Positions 1 to 9,151 are shown, counted from the first letter of the stretch. The stretch is 48,636 nt of DNA from a virus (IMGVR_UViG_3300025015_000047:1-48636), one strand, 5' to 3'. The notes: generated by a model from the letters alone, not told the origin. Numbers and translations are program-made.

Positions 1-111
1 GGCTCTTAGTAGGGCCGGAGCAGCGGGCGTTGATTGAAAAGGACTGGGGTGAACGATGTAGAAGCGAGGCCGCAAGGCTTAGATCACAAGACACAGATAA
101 GGAGAACATAG

Positions 112-849
112 ATGCGTAAGTACACAGAAAGGCCGCCGACACCCCAAGGGAGAGCCGAGGTCCGTCTGCTGAAGGACGAGATCAAGCTCATCGATCTAGA
201 TACGTCCGAGGTCCATCATATCGATCCGGCGGACATTGGCGAAGATACGGTCGTAAAGCCTGGCCGGAATCTGTTCTACCGCCTGTCATCCGATGGGCGC
301 AAGCTATACGGGCTCAACCCTTGGGATGGACAATACTTCCTCAAGGTGAAGGCGTTCCTGCCTCCCCCGAGGTCCGAGAACCAGACCATCCCCGCAACGT
401 ATGTCCTTCCTGGCGGCAAGGACATGGGCGGGTGGGTGTCTCGGGATCGATCCGTGTTCAATGTCCTCTTCGAGATCATCGGAGGGGAGTTCGAGGGGAT
501 GTCCGCCGTCAAGATGTTTACCTACCTGTTCCGCGCCGGTCAGGAAGACCTCGTGGAGATGGTGGGATCCGGAGGTAAGGCATACCAGGCGCTCGAAGAG
601 TTCCTCGGGGCCGCCGGGTTCGACTGGGACAAGGATAACGTCCAGTTCTCGAACAACATCCTACCGGACCTACAGGACCTCCTCTTGAAGAGGGGCGTCG
701 TGTTCCTGGGCAAGTTCGAAAAGGGCTGGCTGACCAGCTTCAGCAAACCTCCGGCAGGGATGGCTCCCCCAACCAAGAAGGTCCGCAAGCCGAGGGAAAA
801 GAAGGTCGTGGTTGAAGGTGAACCGCGAGATGAGCCGGCGGAAGAGTAA
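112..849 (+). CDS. Hypothetical replication-module protein, possibly ssDNA-binding
   Basis: 245-aa ORF with AAGGAG RBS; beta-rich core plus basic then acidic C-terminal tail (EGEPRDEPAEE); lies upstream of ligase/primase/helicase. The SSB role is inference only. Confidence 0.35.
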   Translation: MRKYTERPPTPQGRAEVRLLKDEIKLIDLDTSEVHHIDPADIGEDTVVKPGRNLFYRLSSDGRKLYGLNPWDGQYFLKVKAFLPPPRSENQTIPATYVLPGGKDMGGWVSRDRSVFNVLFEIIGGEFEGMSAVKMFTYLFRAGQEDLVEMVGSGGKAYQALEEFLGAAGFDWDKDNVQFSNNILPDLQDLLLKRGVVFLGKFEKGWLTSFSKPPAGMAPPTKKVRKPREKKVVVEGEPRDEPAEE

Positions 850-879
850 GACCTACTTAGTAGGTCACATGACCTACTT
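850..879. repeat. Three alternating copies of an 8-bp motif (GACCTACT / AGTAGGTC / GACCTACT)
   Basis: GACCTACT-T-AGTAGGTC-ACAT-GACCTACTT in the intergenic gap; forms two overlapping inverted repeats. Confidence 0.7.
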
Positions 880-925
880 TAGATAGCCGAGCGGCCTCGC
901 TTCCGCTCGCACCTTAGGAGGAACA

Positions 926-1267
926 ATGAACGTGGAAGGGTTCGTACCAGATTACACACCGGGCGTCGATACAAAGTGTGATATGTGCTTCGGAACAGGG
1001 GAAGCACAGACCTACGTCACGGAAGACGGCGAACAGATTTGGGGAACAACCGATGTCAATTGGGAACTACCGGAGGGTGCTAAGATCGCTGAGGTTCTTT
1101 GTAGAACCTGTGGTGGGACGGGTATCATGCCAGAGACTTTGAAGCCCGGTTACTGGCAACAGCGGATTGAGGAGTGCAAAAAGGGCAACAACCCTCTAAA
1201 CGTTCTCAAGATGGCCATCAACCCTCTAAACGTTCTCAGGATAGCCATCAAAGCCATCGTTGGTTAG
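926..1267 (+). CDS. Small zinc-finger protein (DnaJ-like CxxCxGxG pairs)
   Basis: CDMCFGTG and CRTCGGTG motifs; AGGAGG RBS. Confidence 0.6.
   Translation: MNVEGFVPDYTPGVDTKCDMCFGTGEAQTYVTEDGEQIWGTTDVNWELPEGAKIAEVLCRTCGGTGIMPETLKPGYWQQRIEECKKGNNPLNVLKMAINPLNVLRIAIKAIVG
1189..1251 (+). repeat. 30-bp tandem duplication within a CDS
   Basis: CAACCCTCTAAACGTTCTCAAGATGGCCAT then CAACCCTCTAAACGTTCTCAGGATAGCCAT; encodes NPLNVLKMAI/NPLNVLRIAI. Confidence 0.85.
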
Positions 1268-1278
1268 TAGGAGGAACC

Positions 1279-2175
1279 ATGCATATCAGTTCGTATGCTA
1301 CGGTGTACGCCCTGGGACACAAAGCTATTTTGGACATCTTCTCCAGTTCAGTAGTGGTGCAGGAGAAGATCGACGGCTCCCAGTTTAGTATGGCCAGGAC
1401 AGAATCAGGAGAACTGGTCTGCCGCTCCAAGTCCGCCGAGATCCAGATAGACGAGCCGGAGAAGATGTTCAAGAATGCCGTCGATACGGCCAAGTCACTT
1501 GATCTTCGTCCGGGCTGGGTCTACCGCTGTGAGTATCTAAGTAAGCCAAAACACAACACACTGGCGTACGATCGTACGCCCAACAAGTACCTAATCGTCT
1601 TCGACATAGACACCGGGACGGAAAGCTACGTATCGCAGGGGGGCCTGGCCCTTGAGTGCGAGAGGTTGGGCTTGGAATACGTCCCACTATTCTATGAGGG
1701 CAAGATTACGGGAATGGCTGACCTGGACACATTCCTTGATCAGGTATCCGTCCTCGGGGGCTCCAAGATCGAGGGCGTCGTCGTCAAGAACTACGACCAA
1801 TTCACCCCAGAGAAGAAGGTGGCGATGGGGAAGTTTGTCTCCGAGCGGTTCAAAGAGATCCACAACGCCGACTGGAAGGAACGCAATCCATCTACCAAGG
1901 ACATCGTTACCCGTATCGTAGACAAATACCGCTCGGAAGCCCGCTGGGAAAAAGCTATTCAGCACCTCCGCGACGTCGGGAACCTGACTGAATCTCCCAA
2001 GGACATTGGGGCGCTTATCAAGGCAGTTCCAGAAGACATCCTGACGGAATGTGCAGATGAGATCATGGAAGCCCTATTCACCCACATTTGGCCGGACATT
2101 CGGCGTGGGGTGACCCGAGGGCTTCCCGAATGGTACAAACGAAAACTAGCAGAGACTTCCTTCCCGACTGGGTAA
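1279..2175 (+). CDS. ATP-dependent RNA ligase (Rnl2-like nucleotidyltransferase)
   Basis: Motif I EKIDGS, VFDI, VPLFYEG, motif IV EGVVVK, K..SERFKE. Start moved to ATG 1279 after the GGAGG RBS. Confidence 0.8.
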   Translation: MHISSYATVYALGHKAILDIFSSSVVVQEKIDGSQFSMARTESGELVCRSKSAEIQIDEPEKMFKNAVDTAKSLDLRPGWVYRCEYLSKPKHNTLAYDRTPNKYLIVFDIDTGTESYVSQGGLALECERLGLEYVPLFYEGKITGMADLDTFLDQVSVLGGSKIEGVVVKNYDQFTPEKKVAMGKFVSERFKEIHNADWKERNPSTKDIVTRIVDKYRSEARWEKAIQHLRDVGNLTESPKDIGALIKAVPEDILTECADEIMEALFTHIWPDIRRGVTRGLPEWYKRKLAETSFPTG

Positions 2176-2178
2176 GTT

Positions 2179-3045
2179 ATGGTAACTCTGGATGACCTCA
2201 TCGTTGCAGGGCAGGGTAGGCGTTACCAAGGCTATTTGGCTCTTGTCTGCCCGTTTCACAAGTCCTACCCGATCAGGCAGTCGCTCTTTGCGTGGCAGGA
2301 TGGGTGGTTCCGTTGTGCCTCCTGTGGCAAGTCCGGCAGGAACGAGTATCTGCTGGACATCCTGCGGGGCCGTCCCGTGCGCATCTCGGTCGATGAAGTC
2401 ACGGATTGGGTGCCTCCGACCCTCCCAACCGACCCTGCCGAGATCGACAAATTCTGTGGGAAGGCACATGAAACCCTAATCAACAACCCCGCCTTCGCCT
2501 GGTACTACCAGATGCGGGGGGTGGAGGATATGATTGAAATCGCCCTGCTGGGGTGGTATAATGGATGGGCTACAATTCCCGTCCGATCCCAAGAAGGTTC
2601 CATCCAAGGTGTCATTCTCCGAGCGGGACCCCATATCGAGCAAGCCAACGACGGTGTTCGGTTTCACCAGCCCCGAGGGCAGAAGGGCATGATGTACTGC
2701 CCGAATTGGGGCCTGCTGAACAGGAGCAATAAGGCCGCAATCGTGTTTGGCATCTTCGACGCTCTGGCTGTGGCCTCTATTGGCATCCCCGTCGTTACCC
2801 CAACCTCGGGCAAGGATTCCTTCAAGCCAAAGTGGTTGGATGATGTATGGCGCGGATCGGTGATCATCGTACCGGACAAGAAGGAGGAGGCGACCGCCTA
2901 CAAACTTCACAAGGACCTGTCTCTGTTCGGTATCCACAACGACGTTCTGCTTCTAGACTATCCGAGCGGCACCAAAGATCCGGCGGATTACCTCCGCATG
3001 GGGAAACGCTCCCAGTTAGAAAAGGTTCTGCATACCTATATCTAG
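2179..3045 (+). CDS. DNA primase-like protein (CHC2 zinc finger + TOPRIM, degenerate acidic motifs)
   Basis: CPFH...FRCASCG zinc ribbon, TIPVR, GIFDALA, KDPADYL; sits upstream of the helicase. Confidence 0.8.
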   Translation: MVTLDDLIVAGQGRRYQGYLALVCPFHKSYPIRQSLFAWQDGWFRCASCGKSGRNEYLLDILRGRPVRISVDEVTDWVPPTLPTDPAEIDKFCGKAHETLINNPAFAWYYQMRGVEDMIEIALLGWYNGWATIPVRSQEGSIQGVILRAGPHIEQANDGVRFHQPRGQKGMMYCPNWGLLNRSNKAAIVFGIFDALAVASIGIPVVTPTSGKDSFKPKWLDDVWRGSVIIVPDKKEEATAYKLHKDLSLFGIHNDVLLLDYPSGTKDPADYLRMGKRSQLEKVLHTYI

Positions 3046-3054
3046 AGAGATAGC

Positions 3055-3264
3055 ATGAATCAGATAAAAGACGAACTACCAATTTGTCCCGTGCATAAGA
3101 AATACAAAGCTACGAAAGCGCCAACTACTGGATGCCCAGGATGTTGGCTGCGATGGCTAGCACGACAAAATCATAGAGGTGATTGGGCACTAAAGACCGA
3201 ATTGGATTCTCACATCCAGTTCTGTCATTCCGCACCCCGCTATGGACGAGATTGGGGACTATGA
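3055..3264 (+). CDS. Small Cys/His-rich hypothetical protein
   Basis: CPVH...CPGC; fills the gap after the primase. Confidence 0.5.
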   Translation: MNQIKDELPICPVHKKYKATKAPTTGCPGCWLRWLARQNHRGDWALKTELDSHIQFCHSAPRYGRDWGL

Positions 3265-3470
3265 TCAGACATTGCCAAGCCTGTTCCGGCGCAAATGGTC
3301 TCTACTATGTATATCCCGCCGTCCATTTAGGATTCCGTTCATCTGAAGGCGTTCTACTATGTGAGGATTGTCGCAAGTTGGATCATGAAACACTCAAGGA
3401 GATGCTGAGTGACACACCTGTTCGGCCTCGCAGAAATCGTAACCGGGAAAGCACTCGCAGGGGAGATTGA
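3261..3470 (+). CDS. Small zinc-finger hypothetical protein
   Basis: ATG overlaps the upstream TGA (ATGA); CQAC...CEDC. Confidence 0.5.
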   Translation: MIRHCQACSGANGLYYVYPAVHLGFRSSEGVLLCEDCRKLDHETLKEMLSDTPVRPRRNRNRESTRRGD

Positions 3471-4587
3471 TCCAAACACGATTGATCCGTCCATCATGCC
3501 CTCCCCTTACGATGAGGTTCTGCTTGGCCTGCGGGAGGGAAAAGACACCACGGAGTTGATGGGGAAGGTTGGGGTCTCCCTCATCACGGGCTGCAAGAAT
3601 GCTGCCGAGAAGGTCAATGGGGCGGGCCTGGACTACATCAGCGCCCTAGAACGTGCCTACATCCATGCCAGTGTCGGAAAGAAGCTAGAGCCGCTGGTAG
3701 ACAAACTGAGCCGGGGAGAGGAAGTCGATGTCGGGAAGGTCCTCTCCGAATTGGGCAGGCTGGAGAGAGAGCAGAAGGTTTTCACACCCCTGTCCCAGGT
3801 TGATCCCAAAGCGGCCATCTGGCGTCCTACCTTCTATGCGCCCGTCGATCGATATCTACAGGGTTTACCGGAATCGTCTATGTGTGTCTGCGGAGGTCCC
3901 CCAGGCACAGGCAAAACGACGTTCCTTCTTCGGTTGTTGATTGAGGCGGCCAAACACGGCAAACGTACAGCGTTCTTCTCCCTCGAGATGACGATGAACC
4001 AGATTGCGCATCGGCTGCTAGAGATTGAGAAGAAGCTAACGAAAAAGGAACGCTCCCTCATCCTCACTACCGATGCCATGCACACCCACGATGAAATCTA
4101 TTCCCATGCCAGCAAACTTGTAGTTACCCACCCCGATCTCTACATGATCGGCGTTGACTTTGCTGACATGATTGTCCCCGAGCGGCGGTCCTACAACGAA
4201 GTCGCCCAGATTGACGAAATCTACAGGACGATGGCCAGCCTCGCCAAGAGGGTTGGAGTGCCCGTCCTGGTTTTGTCCCAACTAAACTACAACTACGTCG
4301 GCGGTCGCCCTCGCCTGAACCACCTACGGGGCTCCCGTCTGATTGAGGCGCTGGCCGCCGTGGTGATCCTACTGTACAACCCGGATCAGGTAGACGTAGA
4401 CCAAGGACAGGACAAGAGAGACAACTCCCTCCCCTGGCGACATGGAACCGCATACATTCAGATCGCCAAAAGCCGCTATGGCTACGTTCGTGGGACGACT
4501 GGGGCGGTGCGGGTGATGTGGGATGGGGCTCGGGGATGGGGAGCCGAAGATGGAGTCGATGGCTGGACTAGCCTAGCATCTGTTTAG
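3409..4587 (+). CDS. dnaB: Replicative DNA helicase, DnaB family
   Basis: Walker A GPPGTGKT, FFSLEM, GVD, VLSQLN, LRGSRLIE, IAKSRYG; GTG start with AAGGAG RBS. Confidence 0.9.
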   Translation: MTHLFGLAEIVTGKALAGEIDPNTIDPSIMPSPYDEVLLGLREGKDTTELMGKVGVSLITGCKNAAEKVNGAGLDYISALERAYIHASVGKKLEPLVDKLSRGEEVDVGKVLSELGRLEREQKVFTPLSQVDPKAAIWRPTFYAPVDRYLQGLPESSMCVCGGPPGTGKTTFLLRLLIEAAKHGKRTAFFSLEMTMNQIAHRLLEIEKKLTKKERSLILTTDAMHTHDEIYSHASKLVVTHPDLYMIGVDFADMIVPERRSYNEVAQIDEIYRTMASLAKRVGVPVLVLSQLNYNYVGGRPRLNHLRGSRLIEALAAVVILLYNPDQVDVDQGQDKRDNSLPWRHGTAYIQIAKSRYGYVRGTTGAVRVMWDGARGWGAEDGVDGWTSLASV

Positions 4588-4596
4588 GAGGAACCA

Positions 4597-4857
4597 ATGA
4601 ACCTGTATGTATTTCCGGCCCTGTACTATGGAGGATATGGACGACATGTTTCTTGTGTTGTAATAGCCGACAATATAGAACAGGCGAAGGAACTTATGGT
4701 TGAAAGAATAGCCCTTTTGGCGGCGGTCGAGAAACACTCCGTCGTGGACTCGATACGCGCAATGCGAGAATGGATAGCCGGGGATGACAGGGGGAAAATC
4801 CAGGAGTATGTGTTGGATGATGCCCCATTGACGGTTATTGTTGAAACATACGAATGA
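4597..4857 (+). CDS. Hypothetical protein
   Basis: 86-aa ORF with AGGAGG RBS; stop overlaps the polymerase start. Confidence 0.6.
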   Translation: MNLYVFPALYYGGYGRHVSCVVIADNIEQAKELMVERIALLAAVEKHSVVDSIRAMREWIAGDDRGKIQEYVLDDAPLTVIVETYE

Positions 4858-6554
4858 AATTGACTAAAGGTCTGCCCAGGAAGGCCAACCCCAAAGAGCC
4901 GGTTGGCCTAGACATAGAACTCTACGGCATGGACGAGGCCAAGTTGCACCGTCCTACCGGTACCTTCGCCTGCCTATCCATCGCCTATGAGGATGGGACA
5001 GTCTACCAGGTCTACGATCTGACCGATCTCCGGGCAGCAATCGAGATCGTCAACGATGGCCTCTGGGTCTTCCACAATGCCCTGTTTGATCTCAACCACC
5101 TGCGCCGCTTCACCACCTTCAGGCAGCGACCTATCTGGGATACGATGCTGATGGAGCAAAACTTATTTGGGGGGTATTATGACACTTTCCGCTTGAAGGA
5201 CCTATCTCGCCGCTGGATTCGTAAACCTATGGAGAAGGAGACGGTCCAACTCTTCATTGATGGCTCCAAGATGACCAAAGAGATGCAGACCTACGCGGCC
5301 CTCGACGCCCTGACGGCTGTCCTCTGCGCGAGGATGCAGATGGAGTACATCAAGGAGCACGATCGGGAGATGGACTCCTACCACAAGATTGACGAGCCGG
5401 CGCTGTGGGCAGTGTTAGATTTACCTCCTGTCAAAGTAGACGTAGACGGATGGCTGGCCCTGGCCGATGAGAATGAACGCCTAGCAGAGGATGCCGAGAA
5501 GGACCTTGCCATCAATCCCCGATCCCCCAAGCAGGTCAAGGCGGCGCTGGAGAAAGTTCTGAGAACTTCGGTCAAGAACACAGAGGCGGGTACGTTGCAG
5601 GTCCTCTTGGAACGGGCTCAGGAGAAGGATAACAAGAAGGCCCAAGCCCTGATTGAGAAGATCCTAGAAGCACGGATGTACGAGAAGGCCGCCTCCACCT
5701 ACGGCAAGTTCTGGATCGAGCAGCACGTTGAGGAAGGGAACCTGGTCTACCCCAACTACCTCATTACCCAGGCGGAGACGGGACGGATGGCCTGCCGATC
5801 CCCAAACCTCCAGAACATCCCGGCCCGCCGGATGCCTCAGTTTCGAGAGCAATTCATCACCAGCTACCCTGGCGGGACCATGCTGGTTGTGGATGTGGCA
5901 CAGCAGGAGCCTCGGGTGCTGGCCTACTCCTCCAAGGATCAGGAACTTATCAAGGCCATCTTATCAAGGGAGGATTTGCATCTAAGCGTTGCCCGGACCA
6001 TCTTCAACGAGCCCACCATGACCAAGGACGACCCGCGGCGGTTCATTGGGAAGACCATCAACTTGGGCACGTCCTACGGCCTGACGGCGATTGGGCTTGC
6101 CAAGCGGATCAAGGTCACGGAGGATGAGGCCCAGAAGTTCCTCAACCAGTATTTCAATAGGTTTCGGGCCGTGGCAGATTGGACGCACCGGCAGCATAGC
6201 ATGGGTCAGAGATTGGGTTATGTGGTGACGCCAATTGGTCGTAGGGTGTGGATCAATCCGTACTCGAAACAGTGGCAGAACAATGCGATCAATGCTCCAA
6301 TCCAGGGTGGGGCAGCAGATATGACCAAGTACGCCCTCGCCTTCATTCACAAGGAGACCAAACGCCTGGGGTTGCCCTATGGCGTCTGTCTGTTGGTCCA
6401 CGATGAGTTGGTCTGCGATCTACCGAAGGGGACCATCAGGGCGTACAAGGAGGTACAGAAGGAGGCTTGGAGCGCGGCAGGAAAGATAATGATACCAGGA
6501 ATTCCAGTAGAAGTCGAGATGTACACCGGCCCTAATTGGGGGGCCAAGCACTAG
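4854..6554 (+). CDS. polA: DNA polymerase family A with 3'-5' exonuclease
   Basis: Exo motifs DIE, FHNALFD, YAALD; TGRMACRSPNLQNIP; motif A DVAQQEPR; motif B R..GKTINLGTSYG; NAPIQGGAAD; motif C VHDEL. Confidence 0.95.
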   Translation: MKLTKGLPRKANPKEPVGLDIELYGMDEAKLHRPTGTFACLSIAYEDGTVYQVYDLTDLRAAIEIVNDGLWVFHNALFDLNHLRRFTTFRQRPIWDTMLMEQNLFGGYYDTFRLKDLSRRWIRKPMEKETVQLFIDGSKMTKEMQTYAALDALTAVLCARMQMEYIKEHDREMDSYHKIDEPALWAVLDLPPVKVDVDGWLALADENERLAEDAEKDLAINPRSPKQVKAALEKVLRTSVKNTEAGTLQVLLERAQEKDNKKAQALIEKILEARMYEKAASTYGKFWIEQHVEEGNLVYPNYLITQAETGRMACRSPNLQNIPARRMPQFREQFITSYPGGTMLVVDVAQQEPRVLAYSSKDQELIKAILSREDLHLSVARTIFNEPTMTKDDPRRFIGKTINLGTSYGLTAIGLAKRIKVTEDEAQKFLNQYFNRFRAVADWTHRQHSMGQRLGYVVTPIGRRVWINPYSKQWQNNAINAPIQGGAADMTKYALAFIHKETKRLGLPYGVCLLVHDELVCDLPKGTIRAYKEVQKEAWSAAGKIMIPGIPVEVEMYTGPNWGAKH

Positions 6555-6563
6555 GAGGAAACA

Positions 6564-6800
6564 ATGGTCGAGTGGACTGAGTACGGCGACTGCATGATTT
6601 GTGGAACCAAAGCAACTCTAGAGGAAAACGCCTACGGCTGGCATACGTGCTCTAGATGTGGAGATAGTACGCCGTCCATGAATAACGAGAAGACCAGGCG
6701 GGTTGGTCCAATAGAATACTTCTTCTGGTGGCTGTGTTGGAAGTTTTCAGATCCCGAGCATGGAGTTGTCCCTCCAGAATGGAGATGGTTTCCAAAATGA
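6564..6800 (+). CDS. Small zinc-ribbon hypothetical protein
   Basis: CMIC...CSRC; AGGAGG RBS. Confidence 0.55.
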   Translation: MVEWTEYGDCMICGTKATLEENAYGWHTCSRCGDSTPSMNNEKTRRVGPIEYFFWWLCWKFSDPEHGVVPPEWRWFPK

Positions 6801-7051
6801 AGGTCATCATGAGATGTGGCCATGTGGCGATGGGAAGAGATATGGAGGACGGAACACCCGTCTGCCCAATCTGCATTGGCCTGACAGAGGATGCTCTGTT
6901 CGCCATGATCCCCCAACCCAACCTGGAAGGGCGACAGGCCACCTGTATTGTGTGTGAGGAAAACAAGCCCAGCAGCTTGTATCTGCCTTACTTCCAGTAC
7001 CGGGAGAGCGGGGATGAGTTCTACTGTGGGTGTAGGGAGGCATTGGAATGA
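6797..7051 (+). CDS. Small Cys-rich hypothetical protein
   Basis: ATGA overlap with the upstream gene; CGH, CPIC, CIVC, YCGC. Confidence 0.55.
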   Translation: MKVIMRCGHVAMGRDMEDGTPVCPICIGLTEDALFAMIPQPNLEGRQATCIVCEENKPSSLYLPYFQYRESGDEFYCGCREALE

Positions 7052-7539
7052 GTTTGCTTCCACGTCTCACTCGCGGTAGCAACGACCTTACTACGCCCGA
7101 GGAGGCCCTACTTCCGATCCTCCCCTACCTACCCCACAGGGTATGGGAGTGCGCCCCTGGGAAGTGGCCGGAGTGGAGGATGGTGCGGGAGTTGGAGGCC
7201 AGCGGGCGTTACGTTCTAGCATACGACGACCTCGACTTCCTACAAGACGAACCCCCCGACTTGGATACGTTTTGCGCTATTGTGACAAATCCCCCATTTT
7301 CTACAAAGACGCAATTTATGGCTCGGTGTGCCGAGATCGGGAAGCCTTGGGCCTTGCTATTACCAGTTACAGCCCTAGGTGTATACAAGTGCCAACGCTA
7401 TTTACACGATGCCGAGATTCTCTTCCTTCCCAAGCGCATCGACTTCACAGGCAAGAAGGCCCCATGGTTCGCCGTAGCCTGGTTCACATGGGGGCTGGGG
7501 ATAGGACGGCAGATGACGTTCATGGAGGTCATGCGATGA
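7048..7539 (+). CDS. Small phage DNA amino-methyltransferase (N6-adenine type)
   Basis: VWECAPG, DFL, IVTNPPFS catalytic motif, ALLLP, RIDF, AWFTWG. Confidence 0.8.
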   Translation: MSLLPRLTRGSNDLTTPEEALLPILPYLPHRVWECAPGKWPEWRMVRELEASGRYVLAYDDLDFLQDEPPDLDTFCAIVTNPPFSTKTQFMARCAEIGKPWALLLPVTALGVYKCQRYLHDAEILFLPKRIDFTGKKAPWFAVAWFTWGLGIGRQMTFMEVMR

Positions 7540-8621
7540 TCTCTCAGGCCAACGCCCGCCACATCCCGCTGGCGGACGAGAGCGTGCATATGTGCATGAC
7601 CTCACCGCCATACTGGGGGTTACGGGACTACGGGCTGGCGACGTGGGAGGGTGGGGATGCGGGGTGCGACCACCTCGGGCCGCCGAAGTCGTCGGGGAAA
7701 AGTACGCTAAAGAACGACGGACGCCCGATGGAGATGGTTGGGCAAAACGACTACGAGCGGGGTGCCGTAACCCCGTTCCGAGAAACCTGCGGCAAGTGCG
7801 GCGCGGTTCGCCACGACTCCGGTATTGGGCTGGAGAAGACGCCCGAGGAATACGTGGCAAATATCGTCGCGGCGTTCCGTGAGGTGTGGCGGGTGCTGCG
7901 GGACGACGGGACGCTGTGGCTGAACATGGGGGACTGCTACACCGGAGGAGCAAACACGGGCGGCGCGGGCAAGCGAGCAGGCGGGGGGGTTCCCTACCGC
8001 ATCTCTGGACTCGCGCCAAAGCTAGGTGACGGCCTCAAGCCCAAGGACCTGGTAGGTATGCCCTGGCGCGTGGCGTTCGCCCTGCAAGCGGACGGGTGGT
8101 ATCTGCGAAGCGATATCATCTGGCACAAGACAAACCCGATGCCGGAGAGCGTGAGGGACAGGCCAACGAAGGCGCACGAGTACCTGTTCCTGCTGGCGAA
8201 GCAGCCGAGGTATTTCTATGACGCACAAGCGATTGCGGAGTCGGGAAGCCAAACGTCAGGAGGGTGGCAACAAAGGGCCGCTATGGGGAATAGAGCGCAT
8301 GGCAATGGTGAGAGCGCGCAGGGGCGGGGACTCGGGGGCGTGGGGCTGGCCGGCGCAACCCGCAACCGTCGCGACGTGTGGACGATCCCCACCTCGCCAT
8401 ACAAGGGTGCACACTTCGCTACATTCCCGCCGAAGTTGGTCGAGCCGTGCGTGCTGGCCGGATCTCCCATCGGCGGGATTGTCTTTGATCCCTTCTGTGG
8501 CTCGGGCACCGTGGGCCAGGTCTGTCGCCTACACGGGCGGCGGTTTGTGGGGTTAGACCTGTCGCTGAAGTACCTTCGGGAGCTGGCGTTACCCAGGGCC
8601 GAGGGGAAACAGAGACCATGA
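7536..8621 (+). CDS. DNA N4-cytosine/N6-adenine methyltransferase (beta class)
   Basis: TSPPYWGLRDY, RVLRDDGTLWLNMGD, IIWHKTNPMPES, HFATFP, DPFCGSGT. Start at ATG 7536 overlapping the upstream stop. Confidence 0.92.
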   Translation: MISQANARHIPLADESVHMCMTSPPYWGLRDYGLATWEGGDAGCDHLGPPKSSGKSTLKNDGRPMEMVGQNDYERGAVTPFRETCGKCGAVRHDSGIGLEKTPEEYVANIVAAFREVWRVLRDDGTLWLNMGDCYTGGANTGGAGKRAGGGVPYRISGLAPKLGDGLKPKDLVGMPWRVAFALQADGWYLRSDIIWHKTNPMPESVRDRPTKAHEYLFLLAKQPRYFYDAQAIAESGSQTSGGWQQRAAMGNRAHGNGESAQGRGLGGVGLAGATRNRRDVWTIPTSPYKGAHFATFPPKLVEPCVLAGSPIGGIVFDPFCGSGTVGQVCRLHGRRFVGLDLSLKYLRELALPRAEGKQRP

Positions 8622-9151
8622 GGGAGGAGTGCCCGATCTGTGGTAATCTGTTGGTCCTACCGGCTGGTCCGGAGGATAGCCCCATCATTCTGATTGGGGA
8701 GTTCCCCGGCTACTACGAGATCCTCAACGGCTGGCCGTTTGCTGGTCCATCTGGGGAGATCCTGGAGTCTGAGTTGGATCGGGTCGGTATCCGCCTTAGC
8801 CGATGCCGGCAGACCAATCTCTGGCTCCATGCTATCCCCCCAGCCAAAGAAGGCCGAGGGGTCAACCCCCTATTCAGCGTGGAGGCGAAGTGGCATAATG
8901 ACAAGATGATGGAGGAACTTATCCACCCGGCCCGTAAGGTTGCCCTCCTGATGGGATCGGATGTAGCCCGATATTTCGGCTACGGCAACATCAGCGACGT
9001 AACGAGCCTACCCGTAAAATCGAAACTGATACCTTCGAAATGCAGGGCAGTAGCTTCTTACAACCCAGCCATCGCAGAGTATGGGGCGGTAGGTGAAATC
9101 CGGCTAGCGATGGACACCCTAGCACGTTATGCGAAAGGACTATGGAAATGA
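8618..9151 (+). CDS. Uracil-DNA glycosylase family 4-like protein
   Basis: ILIGEFPG..E...G.PFAGPSG..L, TN, LLMG, YNPA. Confidence 0.8.
   Translation: MREECPICGNLLVLPAGPEDSPIILIGEFPGYYEILNGWPFAGPSGEILESELDRVGIRLSRCRQTNLWLHAIPPAKEGRGVNPLFSVEAKWHNDKMMEELIHPARKVALLMGSDVARYFGYGNISDVTSLPVKSKLIPSKCRAVASYNPAIAEYGAVGEIRLAMDTLARYAKGLWK

Noticed and set aside
7143-7535. N-terminal 131 aa of the 492-aa methyltransferase ORF
   Set aside because: Overlaps the NPPF methyltransferase in another frame; MTase homology begins at ATG 7536 with a GGAGG RBS.
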